Origin: Felis catus
Lineage: Eukaryota
Assembly (NCBI RefSeq): GCF_018350175.1
Contig: NC_058370.1
Span: 100,812,001-100,876,000, forward strand
DNA: 64,000 bases
Reading direction: 5' to 3'
Position 1 is the first letter of the stretch, and the number at the start of each line of letters is the position of its first letter. This document shows, piece by piece, positions 25,855-38,179 of this stretch. Under the pieces are notes generated by a model. That model was not told the origin of the DNA. It did not search any database and saw only the letters and a list, made by a program, of their open reading frames with translations. Both the position numbers and the translations under genes were made by a program.

Positions 25855-26344
25855 AAGAGAACAGTCTCCTGACTCATCTCCCTGCGTCTGCTCTCATCTC
25901 CTCCTAATTCATGATTTGCTTAAGCTTGCTTCAACCAGTCAATGGCTGGTGTATGCTCTCAGGAGAAAATCCAAACTCCCTGACAGGGCTTAAAAGCTCC
26001 TTTTCATCTGGGCCAGTATAACTCTTTAGCCTTATTTCTCTGGGCCTTTACACTTACTCTTCCCTTGGCATAAAACTGTCTCTCTATCCCCTCGTTGCTT
26101 GGCTAACAGCTGCAGTGTCACTTCTTCCACAAACCTGCAGCTCAGACAGAACCCTGTACTTCCTATCATGGCATTCGTCACCTTCTCTGCTGACTAACCT
26201 CCCACCTCACACACCCACCCTAATCTCTGAGCCCCAAGAGCGGGAGAATGAGGGTTTGATGCTCAGCCTACCCTGGAAGCATCAGAGAAGTGGCACTGGA
26301 GCTGTGTTTCAAACGTGAGCAGGAATTATTATCCGCCTTTATCA

Positions 26345-27380
26345 ACATTCCCCACCACAGTGGTACATTTGTTACAACTGATTAGTCTACATTGACACAT
26401 CGTAATCACCCAAAGTCCATAACTTACATTACATTCACTATTGGTGTTGTACATTTTATGTATAATGACATGTATCCATCATTATAGTATCACACAGAGT
26501 AATTTCACTGCCTTAAAAATCCTATGTGCTCTGCCCATTCATCCCTCTCCCTGAGCTCCCAGTCCCCAGCAGCCACTGATCTTTTTACTGTCTCCATAGT
26601 TTTGCCTTTTCCAGAATGTCATACAAATGGAATCATACAGTATGTAACTTTTTTGGATCAGCATTTTTTACTTAGTAGTATTCACTTAAGTAGTATGCAT
26701 CTAGGGGCACCTGGGTAGCTCCGTTGGTTAACCATCTGACTTTGGCTCAGGTCATGATCTTGTGGTCTGTGAATCCAAGCCCTGTGTCAGCTCTGTGCTG
26801 ACAGCTCAGAGCCTGGGGCCTATTTTAGATTCTGTGTCTCCCTCTCTCTCTCTGTCCCTCCCCCACTCACACTCTATCTCTCTGTCTCTCTCTCTCTCAA
26901 AAATAAATACATATTAAAACAAATTTTTTAATAAATAAAATTTTAAAAATAAAATAAAAAACGAATCTTCCCTGTCTTTTCATGGCTTGAGAGCTCATTC
27001 CTTTTTAAGTACTGATTGTCTAGATGTATTACAGTTTATTTATCCATTTATCTGCTAAAGAACATCTTGGTGGCTTTCAAGTCTGGGCAACTGCTGATAT
27101 AATAAAGCAATAAAGCTAATATAACCATTTGTGTGCAGGTTTCTGAGTGGACATAAGTTTTCAATTCCTTTGGGAAGTATCAAGGAGCACAATTGCTGGA
27201 TCCCATGGTAAGAATATGCTTACTTTTTTAAGAAGTTGTCAAACTGTCTTCTGACGTGGCCATACCATTTTTCACTCCCACTAGCAATGAATGAGAGTTC
27301 CTATTGTTTCACATCCTCACCAGCACTTGATGTTGTCAGTGTTTTGGATTTTGGACATTCTGGCAGGTATACAGTGATGT
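26345..27380 (-). mobile_element. Old L1 (L1MC-like) 3' region interrupted by a SINE
   Basis: Same 3'UTR motifs as 4560-5690; 'tcacatcctcaccagcacttg'. Confidence 0.8.
26704..26960 (+). mobile_element. Can-SINE
   Basis: Head ggggcacctgggtagctc, (CT)n and A-rich tail. Confidence 0.9.
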
Positions 27381-28066
27381 GAAAAACGGTTTTGAGGATG
27401 CCACATGGCAAGTAAATGGACCGATGAGAGGATTTTACTTTTCTAAAGCCTCTCATCACATCAACTATGTCCTCAGTTATACTTTATTACTGGTTCTAAT
27501 AGCCAAGTTCAGTTAAATGAACTAAGTCAAGATATGCTTCTTTTTGGAAGTAAGAAGACATTTAAACAGAAAAAATATTTAAGGTGGTCTATTCAATAGT
27601 TTGCTTTTTTCATGAATACTTCTTCAACTTTCCAATGTTACGTATTACTTCTCTATGGCTCTTGTTAAACCAGGAACTGCAAGGATTAAACCTGTGTTTC
27701 TCCAAATATGGAAGAGATAAGCCAGTTTTACTTCCCAGAGCTTTTGTGTTATGGGGGGAATGCCTCTCTCACTTCAGGCAAATAAAATGGAGTTCTGAAA
27801 GGTTATCACTCTTAAAAATCACTGACAGTGAAAACCTTATACATCTTAATTTTCTTAACCTCTCGATCTCATCAGTTCAACTGTGAGCCCTGGAGAGTTT
27901 AAAATGTATGACTCTTTGTGCTTTATATAAATGTTTCTCACAATGCAAACTCTGTCTTCCTTGACATATTAGAAGGATAATTTTCTTCATTTCCAAAGGA
28001 AAGTGCTATGATAATTTGCTATTTCAAAATTAATTTTATAAATACTGTTGTGGCATATGTATGCTT

Positions 28067-29450
28067 ATATATGAAATTTATTGACAAATTGGTTTCCATA
28101 CAACACCCAGTGCTCATCCCAAAAGGTGCCCTCCTCAATATCCATCACCCACCCTCTCCTCCCTCCCACCCCCCATCAACCCTCAGTTTGTTCTCAGTTT
28201 TTAACAGTCTCTTATGCTTTGGCTCTCTCCCACTCTAACCTCTTTTTTTTTTTTTTCCTTCCCCTCCCCCATGGGTTCCTGTTAAGTTTCTCAGGATCCA
28301 CATAAGAGTGAAACCATATGGTATCTGTCTTTCTCTGTATGGCTTGTTTCACTTAGCATCACACTCTCCAGTTCCATCCACGTTGCTACAAAAGGCCATT
28401 TTCATTTTTTCTCATTGCCACGTAATATTCCATTGTGTATATAAACCACAATTTCTTTATCCATTCATCAGTTGATGGACATTTAGGCTCTTTCCATAAT
28501 TTGGCTATTGTTGAGAGTGCTGCTATGAACATTGGGGTACAAGTGGCCCTATGCATCAGTACTCCTGTATCCCTTGGATAAATTCCTAGCAGTGCTATTG
28601 CTGGGTCATAGGGTAGGTCTATTTTTAATTTTCTGAGGAACCTGCACACTGCTTTCCAGAGCGGCTGCACCAATTTGCATTCCCACCAACAGTGCAAGAG
28701 GGTTCCCGTTTCTCCACATCCTCTCCAGCATCTATAGTCTCCTGATTTGTTCATTTTGGCCACTCTGACTGGCGNNNNNNNNNNNNNNNNNNNNNNNNNN
28801 NNNNNNNNNNNNNNNNNNNNNNNNNNNNNNNNNNNNNNNNNNNNNNNNNNNNNNNNNNNNNNNNNNNNNNNNNNNNNNNNNNNNNNNNNNNNNNNNNNNN
28901 NNNNNNTCTTCACTGGGTTATTTGTTTTCCAGGTGTGGAGTTTGGTGAGCTCTTTATAGATTTTGGATACTAGCCCTTTGTCCGATATGTCATTTGCGAA
29001 TATCTTTTCCCATTCCGTTGGTTGCCTTTTAGTTCTGTTGGTTGTTTCCTTTGCTGTGCAGAAGCTTTTTATCTTCATAAGGTCCCAGTAATTCACTTTT
29101 GCTTTTAATTCCCTTGCCTTTGGGGATGTGTCCAGTAAGAGATTGCTACGGCTGAGGTCAGAGAGGTCTTTTCCTGCTTTCTCCTCTAAGATTTTGATGG
29201 TTTCCTGTCTCACATTTAGGTCCTTTATCCATTTTGAGTTTATTTTTGTGAATGGTGTGAGAAAGTGGTCTAGTTTCAACCTTCTGCATGTTGCTGTCCA
29301 GTTCTGCCAGCACCATTTGTTAAAGAGGCTGCCTTTTTTCCATTGGATGTTCTTTCCTGCTTTGTCAAAGATGAGTTGGCCATACGTTTGTGGGTCTAGT
29401 TCTGGGGTTTCTATTCTATCCCATTGGTCTGTGTGTCTGTTTTTGTGCCA
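28067..29450 (-). mobile_element. Young 5'-truncated feline L1 (ORF2 C-terminal part plus 3'UTR)
   Basis: Open ORF2 fragment 28386-29453 ([14 protein letters not shown]...[14 protein letters not shown]); TSD catatgtatgctt at 28054-28066 and 29451-29463. Confidence 0.95.
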
Positions 29451-30154
29451 CATATGTATGCTTTAAAATATGTATAGCTAAACATCTCTTCTTTCATGAA
29501 AATAGTATTTATCATGTTATTTTCATTAATAATGAATGATGAATAATAATGAATAATGTAATTTTCATTAATGAATGAAAATAACATATATGTGAATATG
29601 TTATTAATTATTTTATCTATCTATCCATCTATCAATCGATTGATCTACTATAAAACTGTGTGATAGGTATTACTGGGGTTATCTTATCTGTGAGTAAACT
29701 GAGACCCATAGAGATTAGATAATGTGCCAAATCAAACAGTAAATGATGGAGCCAGGGCATGACTCAGGACCCATGCGTGACTCAAAACCCTTGTTCTTTC
29801 CACTGTTCAAGTACCTCTCCTTGTGTCTGTTGTTTCACAATGCAATTAAGAGCTTTCAGCAACACTGTTAATAATACCACAAGAAAGACCACTTCACCCC
29901 CAGAAAGCTCTTAGAGGCTAAAAGGGCTCTGTGGGAGATGTGCATGATGACAAAAGTAGAGACCTGAGGGGGTAGGACCTAGAAAGACAGTAGATTGGTT
30001 GTGGATACTTTGTCATACAGATGGGAAAGTTTTGTAGAGTCTTTGGAATACCTCCCAGATGCTATTCATACAGCTTACTCCTAAGGCAGAGCCATTCGGT
30101 TGGATTTGTGTTCATTTTATAGGTCATCAGCATTTCATTGTCTATTTTAATGTT

Positions 30155-30382
30155 TTATTTTTTTAAATATTTTTAATTTTTTTTGAGAGAGAAAGGGAGA
30201 GCACGTGCGCTTGCATGAGTGGGGGAGGGGTAGAGAGAGACAAGGAGACACAGAATCTGAAGCAGGCTCCAGGCTCTGAGCTGTCAGCACAGAGCCTGAC
30301 ACCAGGCTCGAACCCATGAACCGCAAGATCATGACCTGAGCTGAAGCTGGACGCTTAACCAACTGAGCAACCCAGGTGCCCC
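30155..30382 (-). mobile_element. Can-SINE
   Basis: Reverse head ends 'cccaggtgcccc'. Confidence 0.9.
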
Positions 30383-30679
30383 TAATGTTGTTTATTTTAA
30401 ATCTGTAAACTCTTAGATAGTTGATTAGAAGATACAGATGCAAAAAAAATAATTATTTAAAAGTTTTCTTAGTTTTCTTTTAGCACTGTTACAGTTTTAT
30501 TTTTTCCTGCTTGAATCTTTGAACTTCAGGTGTAAAGTATGATGTAGAAATTCACTTTTACCTTTTTTTCAGATGACTACCCAACTTTTGCTGTGGGATC
30601 ATTTGTCATATTTGTAACCATCCAGTGTCATTTGATAAAACACCATAACAAAGCTTAGTACTATTTATAGGAATACAAA

Positions 30680-31720
30680 AAGTATCTGGCATCTAGGAAA
30701 GCAAAATTCACAATGTCTGGCATCTGATCAAAAAACCACCAGGAGAGAGAGAGAAAGAGAGAGAGAGAGACATACCATCCACGATGAGAAGAAAAATCAA
30801 TCCATTGAAACAGACCCACATGTCATGGATAATAGAATCAGTAGACAAAAATACTAAAGCAATTATTATTAATATATCCCATATGATCAAGAAGGTGAAA
30901 AATGGGAGAGATTAGCAGCAGATTAGATACTACAGAAGGAAAATTAGTAAGCTTGAGATCATAGCAATAAAAATGATCTAAAATAAAACCTAACAGGGCA
31001 TCAGCTGTAGGACAACTTCAGGTTGGCCCAAAATACGTACAACTGGAGTAGGAGAAAGAAGATAGAGACGAAAACAAAACAAAACAAAAATATCTGAAGT
31101 AATAACCAGTTTTTTCAAATTATTTGAAAATTTATAAATCTACAGATCCAAGACTCTCAACACCTTCGAGCATAAGAACATGAAGAAAAATATCTCGTCA
31201 CATGATAATCAAATGAAACTCACCAGCATAGCCACAATACAAGAAATGTTAAAGGAAGTTCTACAGATTTAAAAAAAAAAAAAAAAAAGAGGGGCACCTG
31301 GGTGGCGCAGTCGGTTAAGTGGCCAACTTCAGCTCAGGTCACGATCTCACGGTCCGCGAGTTCGAGCTCCGCGTCAGGCTCTGAGCTGATGGCTCAGAGC
31401 CTGGAGCCTGTTTCCGATTCTGTGTCTCCCTCTCTCTCTGCCCCTCCCCCGTTCATGCTCTGTCTCTCTCTGTCCCAAAAATAAATAAACGTGGAAAAAA
31501 AAATTAGAAAAAAAAAAAAAGATATCAAATGGAAACCTGTATCTACATCAAGGAGTGAAAACCCCCAGAAATGGCAACTGCATGGGTAAACAATTAAGAG
31601 TTTTCTTATTATCTCTTTAATAGAAAATTGAAAACAAAATAATAAAAATGCATTTTGGGTCTTACGACATATGTAAAGGTAAAATGCACGAAAATCAAAA
31701 ATCATAAAGGACTGAAAATG
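30680..31720 (+). mobile_element. Old L1 ORF1-region relic
   Basis: A-rich, degraded L1 5'/ORF1 motifs ('acagatccaaga...tacaagaaatgttaaaggaagttct'). Confidence 0.6.
31291..31520 (+). mobile_element. Young feline Can-SINE
   Basis: CpG-rich body flanked by (A)n-ga on both sides. Confidence 0.93.
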
Positions 31721-31756
31721 GCAGAGTAGGGAGGTTTAAAACTCTGTTCCTCTTTT

Positions 31757-31932
31757 ATTTTTTTAGATGTTTATTTCTGAGAGAAAGAGAACAGGGGAGG
31801 GGTAGAAGATCTTAGGTTCCCATCTCCACACTGACAGCAGAGAGCCCTGTGTGGGGCTTGAACTCATGAACCATGAGATCATGACCTGAGCCAAAGTCAG
31901 GGGCTTAACCAACCGAGCCACCCAGGCACCCC
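31757..31932 (-). mobile_element. Can-SINE
   Basis: TSD aaactctg(t/c)tcctctttt at 31739-31756 and 31933-31950. Confidence 0.9.
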
Positions 31933-32069
31933 AAACTCTGCTCCTCTTTTAAAGCAACGATTAAGTTTGTAAAAGCCATCTGAATGAACTTTACAGAACT
32001 TTAGAACATAATAAAAACTTGTAACAGCCAGGGAATGCTAAATGCAGAAAGAAGCTGCCAAACTTTTTT

Positions 32070-32290
32070 TTTTTTTAATTTTTTTTTCAACGTTTATTTA
32101 TTTTTGGAACAGAGAGAGACAGAGCATGAACGGGGGAGGGGCAGAGAGAGAGGGAGACACAGAATCGGAAACAGGCTCCAGGCTCTGAGCCATCAGCCCA
32201 GAGCCTGATGCAGGGCTCGAACTCACGGACCGCGAGATCGTGACCTGGCTGAAGTTGGACACTTAACCGACTGCGCCACCCAGGCGCCCC
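32070..32290 (-). mobile_element. Young feline SINEC_Fc
   Basis: TSD ctgccaaactttttt at 32055-32069 and 32293-32307. Confidence 0.94.
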
Positions 32291-32379
32291 AACTGCCAAA
32301 CTTTTTTAATAGAGCATTGTTTGGCATTTTTCCTTACCTGCCTACCATCCCCCACCTCTCAGATCAGCAGCAGCCACAA

Positions 32380-33142
32380 AATAAGTCTCAATAAATTTAG
32401 AAGAATTGAAATCATACAAAGCATATTCATTGACAACAACAGAATAAAATTATAAATCATTAATGAAAGAAAAACAAGAAAATTGATGAAGTAGAAATTG
32501 AATAACACTCTTAAATGATCACTGGGTCAAAGAAGAATCATAAGAGAAATTAGAAAATATCTTGAGACAAGTAAAAACAAGAACACAACATACCAAAACT
32601 TAGGGCATGCAGCAAAAACTGTGCACAGAGGGAAATAAAAGATCTCAAGTCAATAACTGTACACTTTAAGAAACTAGGAAGTGGAGAAAAAACTATATCC
32701 CAAGCTAGCAGAAGAAAGAAAATAATAAAGATTTGAAATCGTTGAAATAAAGGTTAGAAAATAATAGGGAGAATTAATGACACCAAATGTTGTTTCTTTG
32801 AAAAACAGCAACAAATATGACAAACCTTTAGCTATACTAACCAAAAAAAAAAAAAAAAAAAAAAAGGACTCAATAGAATTAGAAGTGAAAGTGGGGGTAT
32901 TATCAACCTTATAAAAATAAAAAGAATTATGAGAAAATACTATGAACAATTATACACCAACAAATTAGATAACACATGTGAAATGGACAAGTTCCCAGAA
33001 ACACACAAAACACCAAAATTGACTGAAGAAGAAATATACAACCTGAACATACCTATAATAAGTAAAGAGATCAAATCAGTAATCAAAAACCTCCCAGTAA
33101 AGAAAACCCCAGGACTAGATGACTTCACTGGTAAATTCTACC
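32380..33142 (+). mobile_element. L1 ORF2 relic (between EN and RT domains)
   Basis: RKYYEQLYTNKLDN..EMDKF...EIKSVIKNLP..KTPGLDDFTGKFY matches L1 ORF2. Confidence 0.9.
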
Positions 33143-34555
33143 TGGTTCATTTAGGCATATTGTCCTGCCTTTTCCCTTTTTTCTTTCCAGGTGTTTGTGC
33201 CCTGTCTTTGAATGCCAAGCCTTTCTGGTTTTTCCAGCTGTGTGTATGTGCCCAGACTTTTCTGTGGTAATGCTGTGTTTAGCAGAGAAATCTGTCTGGC
33301 GCATCTGCTGATCTCACGGATCTGCCTGGTATCTCTGGTTCCTTTCAGCCATGCCTGGTCATGTCCAGTAAGCTGAAAATGGATCCTGGGCATAACAGAG
33401 ACAAAGGCAAGGATACAGATAATTTGGAGAGAACTGTGTAAAGAAGGAAGTTGGTTCAGAATATACATGAAAGGGGAATCAGCAAGGAACATGGGAGCAA
33501 TAGATTCAAACTGTCAAGGGTCAGTTCAATATTTATTGAGGAACTGCTATTAACTAGTGCTACTAAGAATAGATTCAAAGAAAATAAGACAGGATAGAAA
33601 AATCCCAGGCAGAAGCTTTGAATGAGAATGTAGGCAAGCCTAGTTTAGATGCAGGGAATGCATAAACGTTGGGGTTAAGACTGAGTCAAAGGCAAGTGTA
33701 TCCAGGATCATGGTCATCCAAGGGTCAAAAGTTTCAAACAGTACATCAGAGTCAGACCAATTTTTATCAAAAGAGTAATATAAGCAAACAAAATTGCCTT
33801 TTGCCTTCTACTTTGGATGTAGAACACTTCAAGAGGATTTTGTTCTCACTGTAATGATGAAAATGAGCTGAGTAATCTACAGAATCATGGTTAAGTCCAT
33901 TAGAAGCTCTGAAGAAATCTAATAAATGAAAAGCCATGAAGTGGAAAACCTTCTTAGGAGAAAAGGAACCCATGGCTGATTTCATTCATGGTAGAGCAGC
34001 AGAAACAGCAGAAGGAAGAATCTGTGGATGCAGGCAAGAAGAAAACAGCTGAATTTTATATGAATTTCTAAAGGCAGGATGTGGTCTGTGACAGTTTAGA
34101 ATTCCTGGAATGTGAAGAAACAGGTGAGTCTGAACCAAACTGCCAACTCTTTTCCGTAGACCTTTTCACTGACTTCTCAGAAGAAAGGTTAAGACGGGCC
34201 ACTTGAGAGACACCTTCTGAGGCACAGAAGTGTTAGGCCTGTTGATGTCTGAGAGTGAAATGAGCATGGAGAATCACTCCGGGTCTTACACTGAATGTGA
34301 GGGAGCAGTTGCCTACCACTGGGGAGAGACAGGTAAGCTGAGAGCCCCCCTGGAGAAACTCCCCCAAGCACTCCAGGCCTTACACTGAGAATCGGGCAGT
34401 ATCTGCTGCTTGGAGGAGATAGAAAAGCTCAGCAAGACCCCTGAGATACAGTCGCATGGGATCTGCTGACATCTGTGGGTAGAGGAAGAAAAGGAAGACA
34501 AATCTTCCAGATATTCAGATACCAAGTCCTGCTAAAAGAAATGTTCTGATACTGT

Positions 34556-34795
34556 AGGGTCAGGGCTAGTGTGAGGCAAATGTAGCAAATGAGGAACTTG
34601 CCCGTGGCACAAAAAAAGGGTACCCCCCCCCAAACACAGCACTTACGATAAATAATATTTTAATGCAATATTTACAAAAACTCAAAGTTATGCAAAAACA
34701 TCTATGATGAGCAAAATCTAAAAATTTTAAATACAGAAATGGCATTACTGATTTATCCTTCTGCCTCAGGCTCCAAAATAGCTCAGCGTAGCTTT
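34556..34795. mobile_element. MER63-like hAT element
   Basis: 'gataaataatattttaatgcaatattt...tgatgagcaaaat...tgcctcaggctcc'. Confidence 0.6.
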
Positions 34796-35291
34796 TATGG
34801 ACCCTGTCTCATTTTTTACCTCAGCAAATGCCTCACTTACCTTACCTTAGTCCTGGCCTTGACTTCCTCTCACATAATTCAAAGTACAATAAGCTGAATC
34901 CAATTAATAAACATAAAACCCAGTGCCAGATAATTTGGGACCAACTAGATTGTCCCAATACCACACACTACAGCTTGACAGAAGATATATGCCTTTTTCT
35001 GAGCATGAATATTATGTATCCCAGGATCTTCTGTTATTTGACATATAATATCTGTTATTTAATTAAAAAAATTTTTTTTAAAGAGAAATAAAAACAAACC
35101 CATTGTCAAGTGATAAAGTACACAGTAGAACCAAACACAGAGCTGTCCTGTATGTTGGCATAATCAGCTCCATGTTTTAAAATAACTGTGATAAATATGT
35201 AAAATATTTAGTGGTAAAAGTAGACAACATATATTAACATATGGGGACTTTTCCCTAGAGAGAGGAAAACTATTAAGAAAAAAGAAGTGGA

Positions 35292-35450
35292 GGGGCACCT
35301 GAGTGGCTTAATCGGTTAAGCCTCTGACTTGGGCTCAGGTCATGATCTCACGGTTCATGAGTTTGAACCCTGCATCAGGCTCTGTACTGACAGCTCAGAG
35401 CCTGGAGCCTGCTTTGGATTCTGTGTCTTCCTCTTTCTCTGCCCCTCCCC

Positions 35451-35496
<46 letters not shown>

Positions 35497-35520
35497 AATA
35501 AATAAACATTTAAAAAAAAG
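35292..35520 (+). mobile_element. Can-SINE
   Basis: Head, long (CT)n and A-tail. Confidence 0.9.
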
Positions 35521-36196
35521 ACGAAGAACCAAGTGGAAATGCAAGAAATGAAAAATATAAGAGATAATTCTTTTAAAGGGCAGGTTAGACATACGTATCA
35601 GCCAACTTGAAGAAAGTCCTTAGAAATTATCTGAAATAAAATACAAAAAGGAGAAAGAGTAAAAAAAAATAAGAAGCATCTGAGTTGTGTAGAGCAATAT
35701 TGAATAGTTTAATACATGTGTGTGGGGAGTCCCACAGAGAAGAGAGAGATAGAATGGACAGAAAACATTTGAAGAGATAATGACTGAGAATTTTTCTAAA
35801 ATTAATTAAAGACATTAACTCACAGATCTAGGAAGCTCAGTAAATCTACAGTGAGTTATTTACAAAGAAACCTGCACCTAGGCACCTCAGAGTTAAATTG
35901 CTAAAATCCAAAGCTGAACAGAATGTTTTGAGAGCAGAGACCAAAAGACACATCGCATAGTGGGAAACAATGATAAGAATAATGTCTGGCTTCTCATCAG
36001 GAATAATAGAGACCAAGAGATAATATATTGCCATCTTCAAAGGTGAAAGAAAAAAAATCCTGTCAATCCTGAATTCTATATCTAGCAAAAACATCCTTCA
36101 AAAATGAAGGTGAAATTAAGAGTTTTTGAACAAAAGCTGAGATAATTTATCTATAGCAGATCTGTACTATGAGATCTACTAAAAAAAGTTCATTAG

Positions 36197-37023
36197 TATA
36201 AAAGAAGTGCCAGACTCTACCTGAAGACTTCAAAATTAATGGTTTGGATATATTTATGATAAACTGAATTAAGTTTTCTCTGTAAGAAGAAAAATTAAGA
36301 TCACTTATTTGAAAACAAACATGAAGCCTCACCTTCCAATTTGCTTTATTAGTAAGTCCTTCCAAAGTAAGATCTTAAAGCTATGAGTGACATTTTTCTC
36401 ATAATGAATCCTCACAGAACATTGCTTAGCTTGTAGTAAGCACAAAGGGAGAGGAAGACATATTTAAGAGCTTTACTATCAGCTTTACTATTAGTTGAAT
36501 GTTGTTCTCCTCTTGTTCCTTTAAGTCAAAATACAAACCAAGACTGATACTCAGTTTCCAGTATTTTAAAATGTATCGAATACGGATGAAAAGTATTTCT
36601 CATACAATTGTGTATGTATTGCTTACATACCTCAAGTTAAGCTGATGGCTTTAACTATGCTCTAAAGCAAAGTGAATAATGCAAAAATTAATACTACTAA
36701 TTATAACCATGAGATGAATCCTGACATCAGTGCTAAGTACCTTTTTGTACTTTCCCCCTTATGTTCTCTATAATGTACATATTCCCCAAATCACTGAGCT
36801 GTTCTTAAAAACAAAAAAGAAAAACAGCTTGACATTGTGTATGTATTTTCTTTTTGTTGATCAAATCACGCACATGGAAAGGTGTAATAAAGCTAAGTGG
36901 AGTATATATTATCAGTCTTGACTTAATATTATAGGGCAGAATTGCACAGTGAGCTTTATTAGATAATCTCTTTGATTGGTCCTTATGCTACCTAAATTCC
37001 CAAATAAATTTTTAATCCATTTT
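36197..37023 (+). pseudogene. Putative 5'-truncated retrocopy (3'UTR-like) or orphan L1 transduction; source unknown
   Basis: TSD aaaagttcattag at 36184-36196 and 37024-37036; AATAAA at 37003-37008; the host L1 reads through once the insert is removed. Confidence 0.6.
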
Positions 37024-37522
37024 AAAAGTTCATTAGGCCGAAGGGAAATTATATTGGATGGAAAGCTGGCTTTGAAGAAGGAATGAGGAATAGCAGAGTT
37101 AAAATATTAGAAAATAAAAAGGCAGATCAGATAAGATAAATAAAAATAAAACTTAGTAGCCTTAAAGTCAAACATATTTATAATCATATTATTCATAATG
37201 GCCAAGAACTGAAAACTGTTCAGGTGTCCATCAACAGGGTATGGATATAGAAACTACGGCATATTCAGACAATGGAATAGTAACTAGCAATGAAAGGGAA
37301 TAAACATGTTGTAGATGTAATCACATGGATGGATCTCAAAAAACATGTTGAGTAAAGGAAGCTAGGCACAAGAGTACATACTGTTTGTGTCACTTAAATA
37401 AAATTCAAGGACAGGCGAAGCCAATTTATATTGATAGAAATTGGAACAAAGTTTACTATGGGCAGTAGTATTGACCAGAAAAAAGCACTTAGAAACATTC
37501 AGGGGTGATGGAATATTCTCTG

Positions 37523-37831
37523 TCAGGGGTTGTAAGGAGATGGAGAGTAAATACTTTAGGCTTTGAGGCACGTAGGGTCTCTAGTGACTCTGTTCAACTT
37601 TACCATTGAAATTAGCCATAGATAAAACATAATCAAATGGGTATGGTTGTGTTATCGTTTTATTTATAGACCTAAAACTTGAATTCTGCATAATTTTTAT
37701 GGTCATAAAATACTATTATTGTTCTTGAATTTTTTCCAAACATTGAAAAAATGTTAAAAACCATTTTTCAAAGGCTGTAGAAAATTAGGTGTGGGCCAGA
37801 TTTAGCCGATGGGTGGTAGTTGTCTGACCCC
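37523..37831 (+). mobile_element. MER58B-like element inside an L1 3' relic
   Basis: Ends 'caggggttg' and 'ctgacccct'; internal 'gtaaatactttaggctttg', 'gggccagatttagcc'. Confidence 0.7.
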
Positions 37832-37963
37832 TATTCTATATCTTGATAGGGTGTGGGTTATATGTATGTAGGCCTTTGTAAAACTGATGAAACTGTTCAC
37901 TTAAGATCTGTGCAATTCTCTAGATGTAAGTTAACAGAAAAAGCCCTTAAAAAATAGCAAGGA

Positions 37964-38179
37964 GGGGCGCCTGGGTGGCGCAGTCGGTTAAGCGTCCGAC
38001 TTCAGCCAGGTCACGATCTCGCGGTCCGTGAGTTCGAGCCCCGCGTCGGGCTCTGGGCTGATGGCTCAGAGCCTGGAGCCTGTTTCCGATTCTGTGTCTC
38101 CCTCTCTCTCTGCCCCTCCTCCGTTCGTGCTCTGTCTCTCTCTGTCCCAAAAATAAATAAAAACGTTGAAAAAAAATTA
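37964..38179 (+). mobile_element. Young feline SINEC_Fc
   Basis: Perfect TSD aaaaaatagcaagga at 37949-37963 and 38180-38194; CpGs largely intact. Confidence 0.96.

Larger units (their letters stand above)
35080..37940 (+). mobile_element. Fragmented old L1 (ORF1 and 3' relics) hosting later insertions
   Basis: 'gaattctatatctagcaaaaacatccttcaaaaatgaaggtgaaatt' (ORF1) and 'gtgtccatcaacagg...aatggaatag' (3' end). Confidence 0.7.

Noticed and set aside
28386-29453. 355-aa ORF as a host gene
   Set aside because: It is a 5'-truncated L1 ORF2 fragment; its ATG comes from the flanking TSD.
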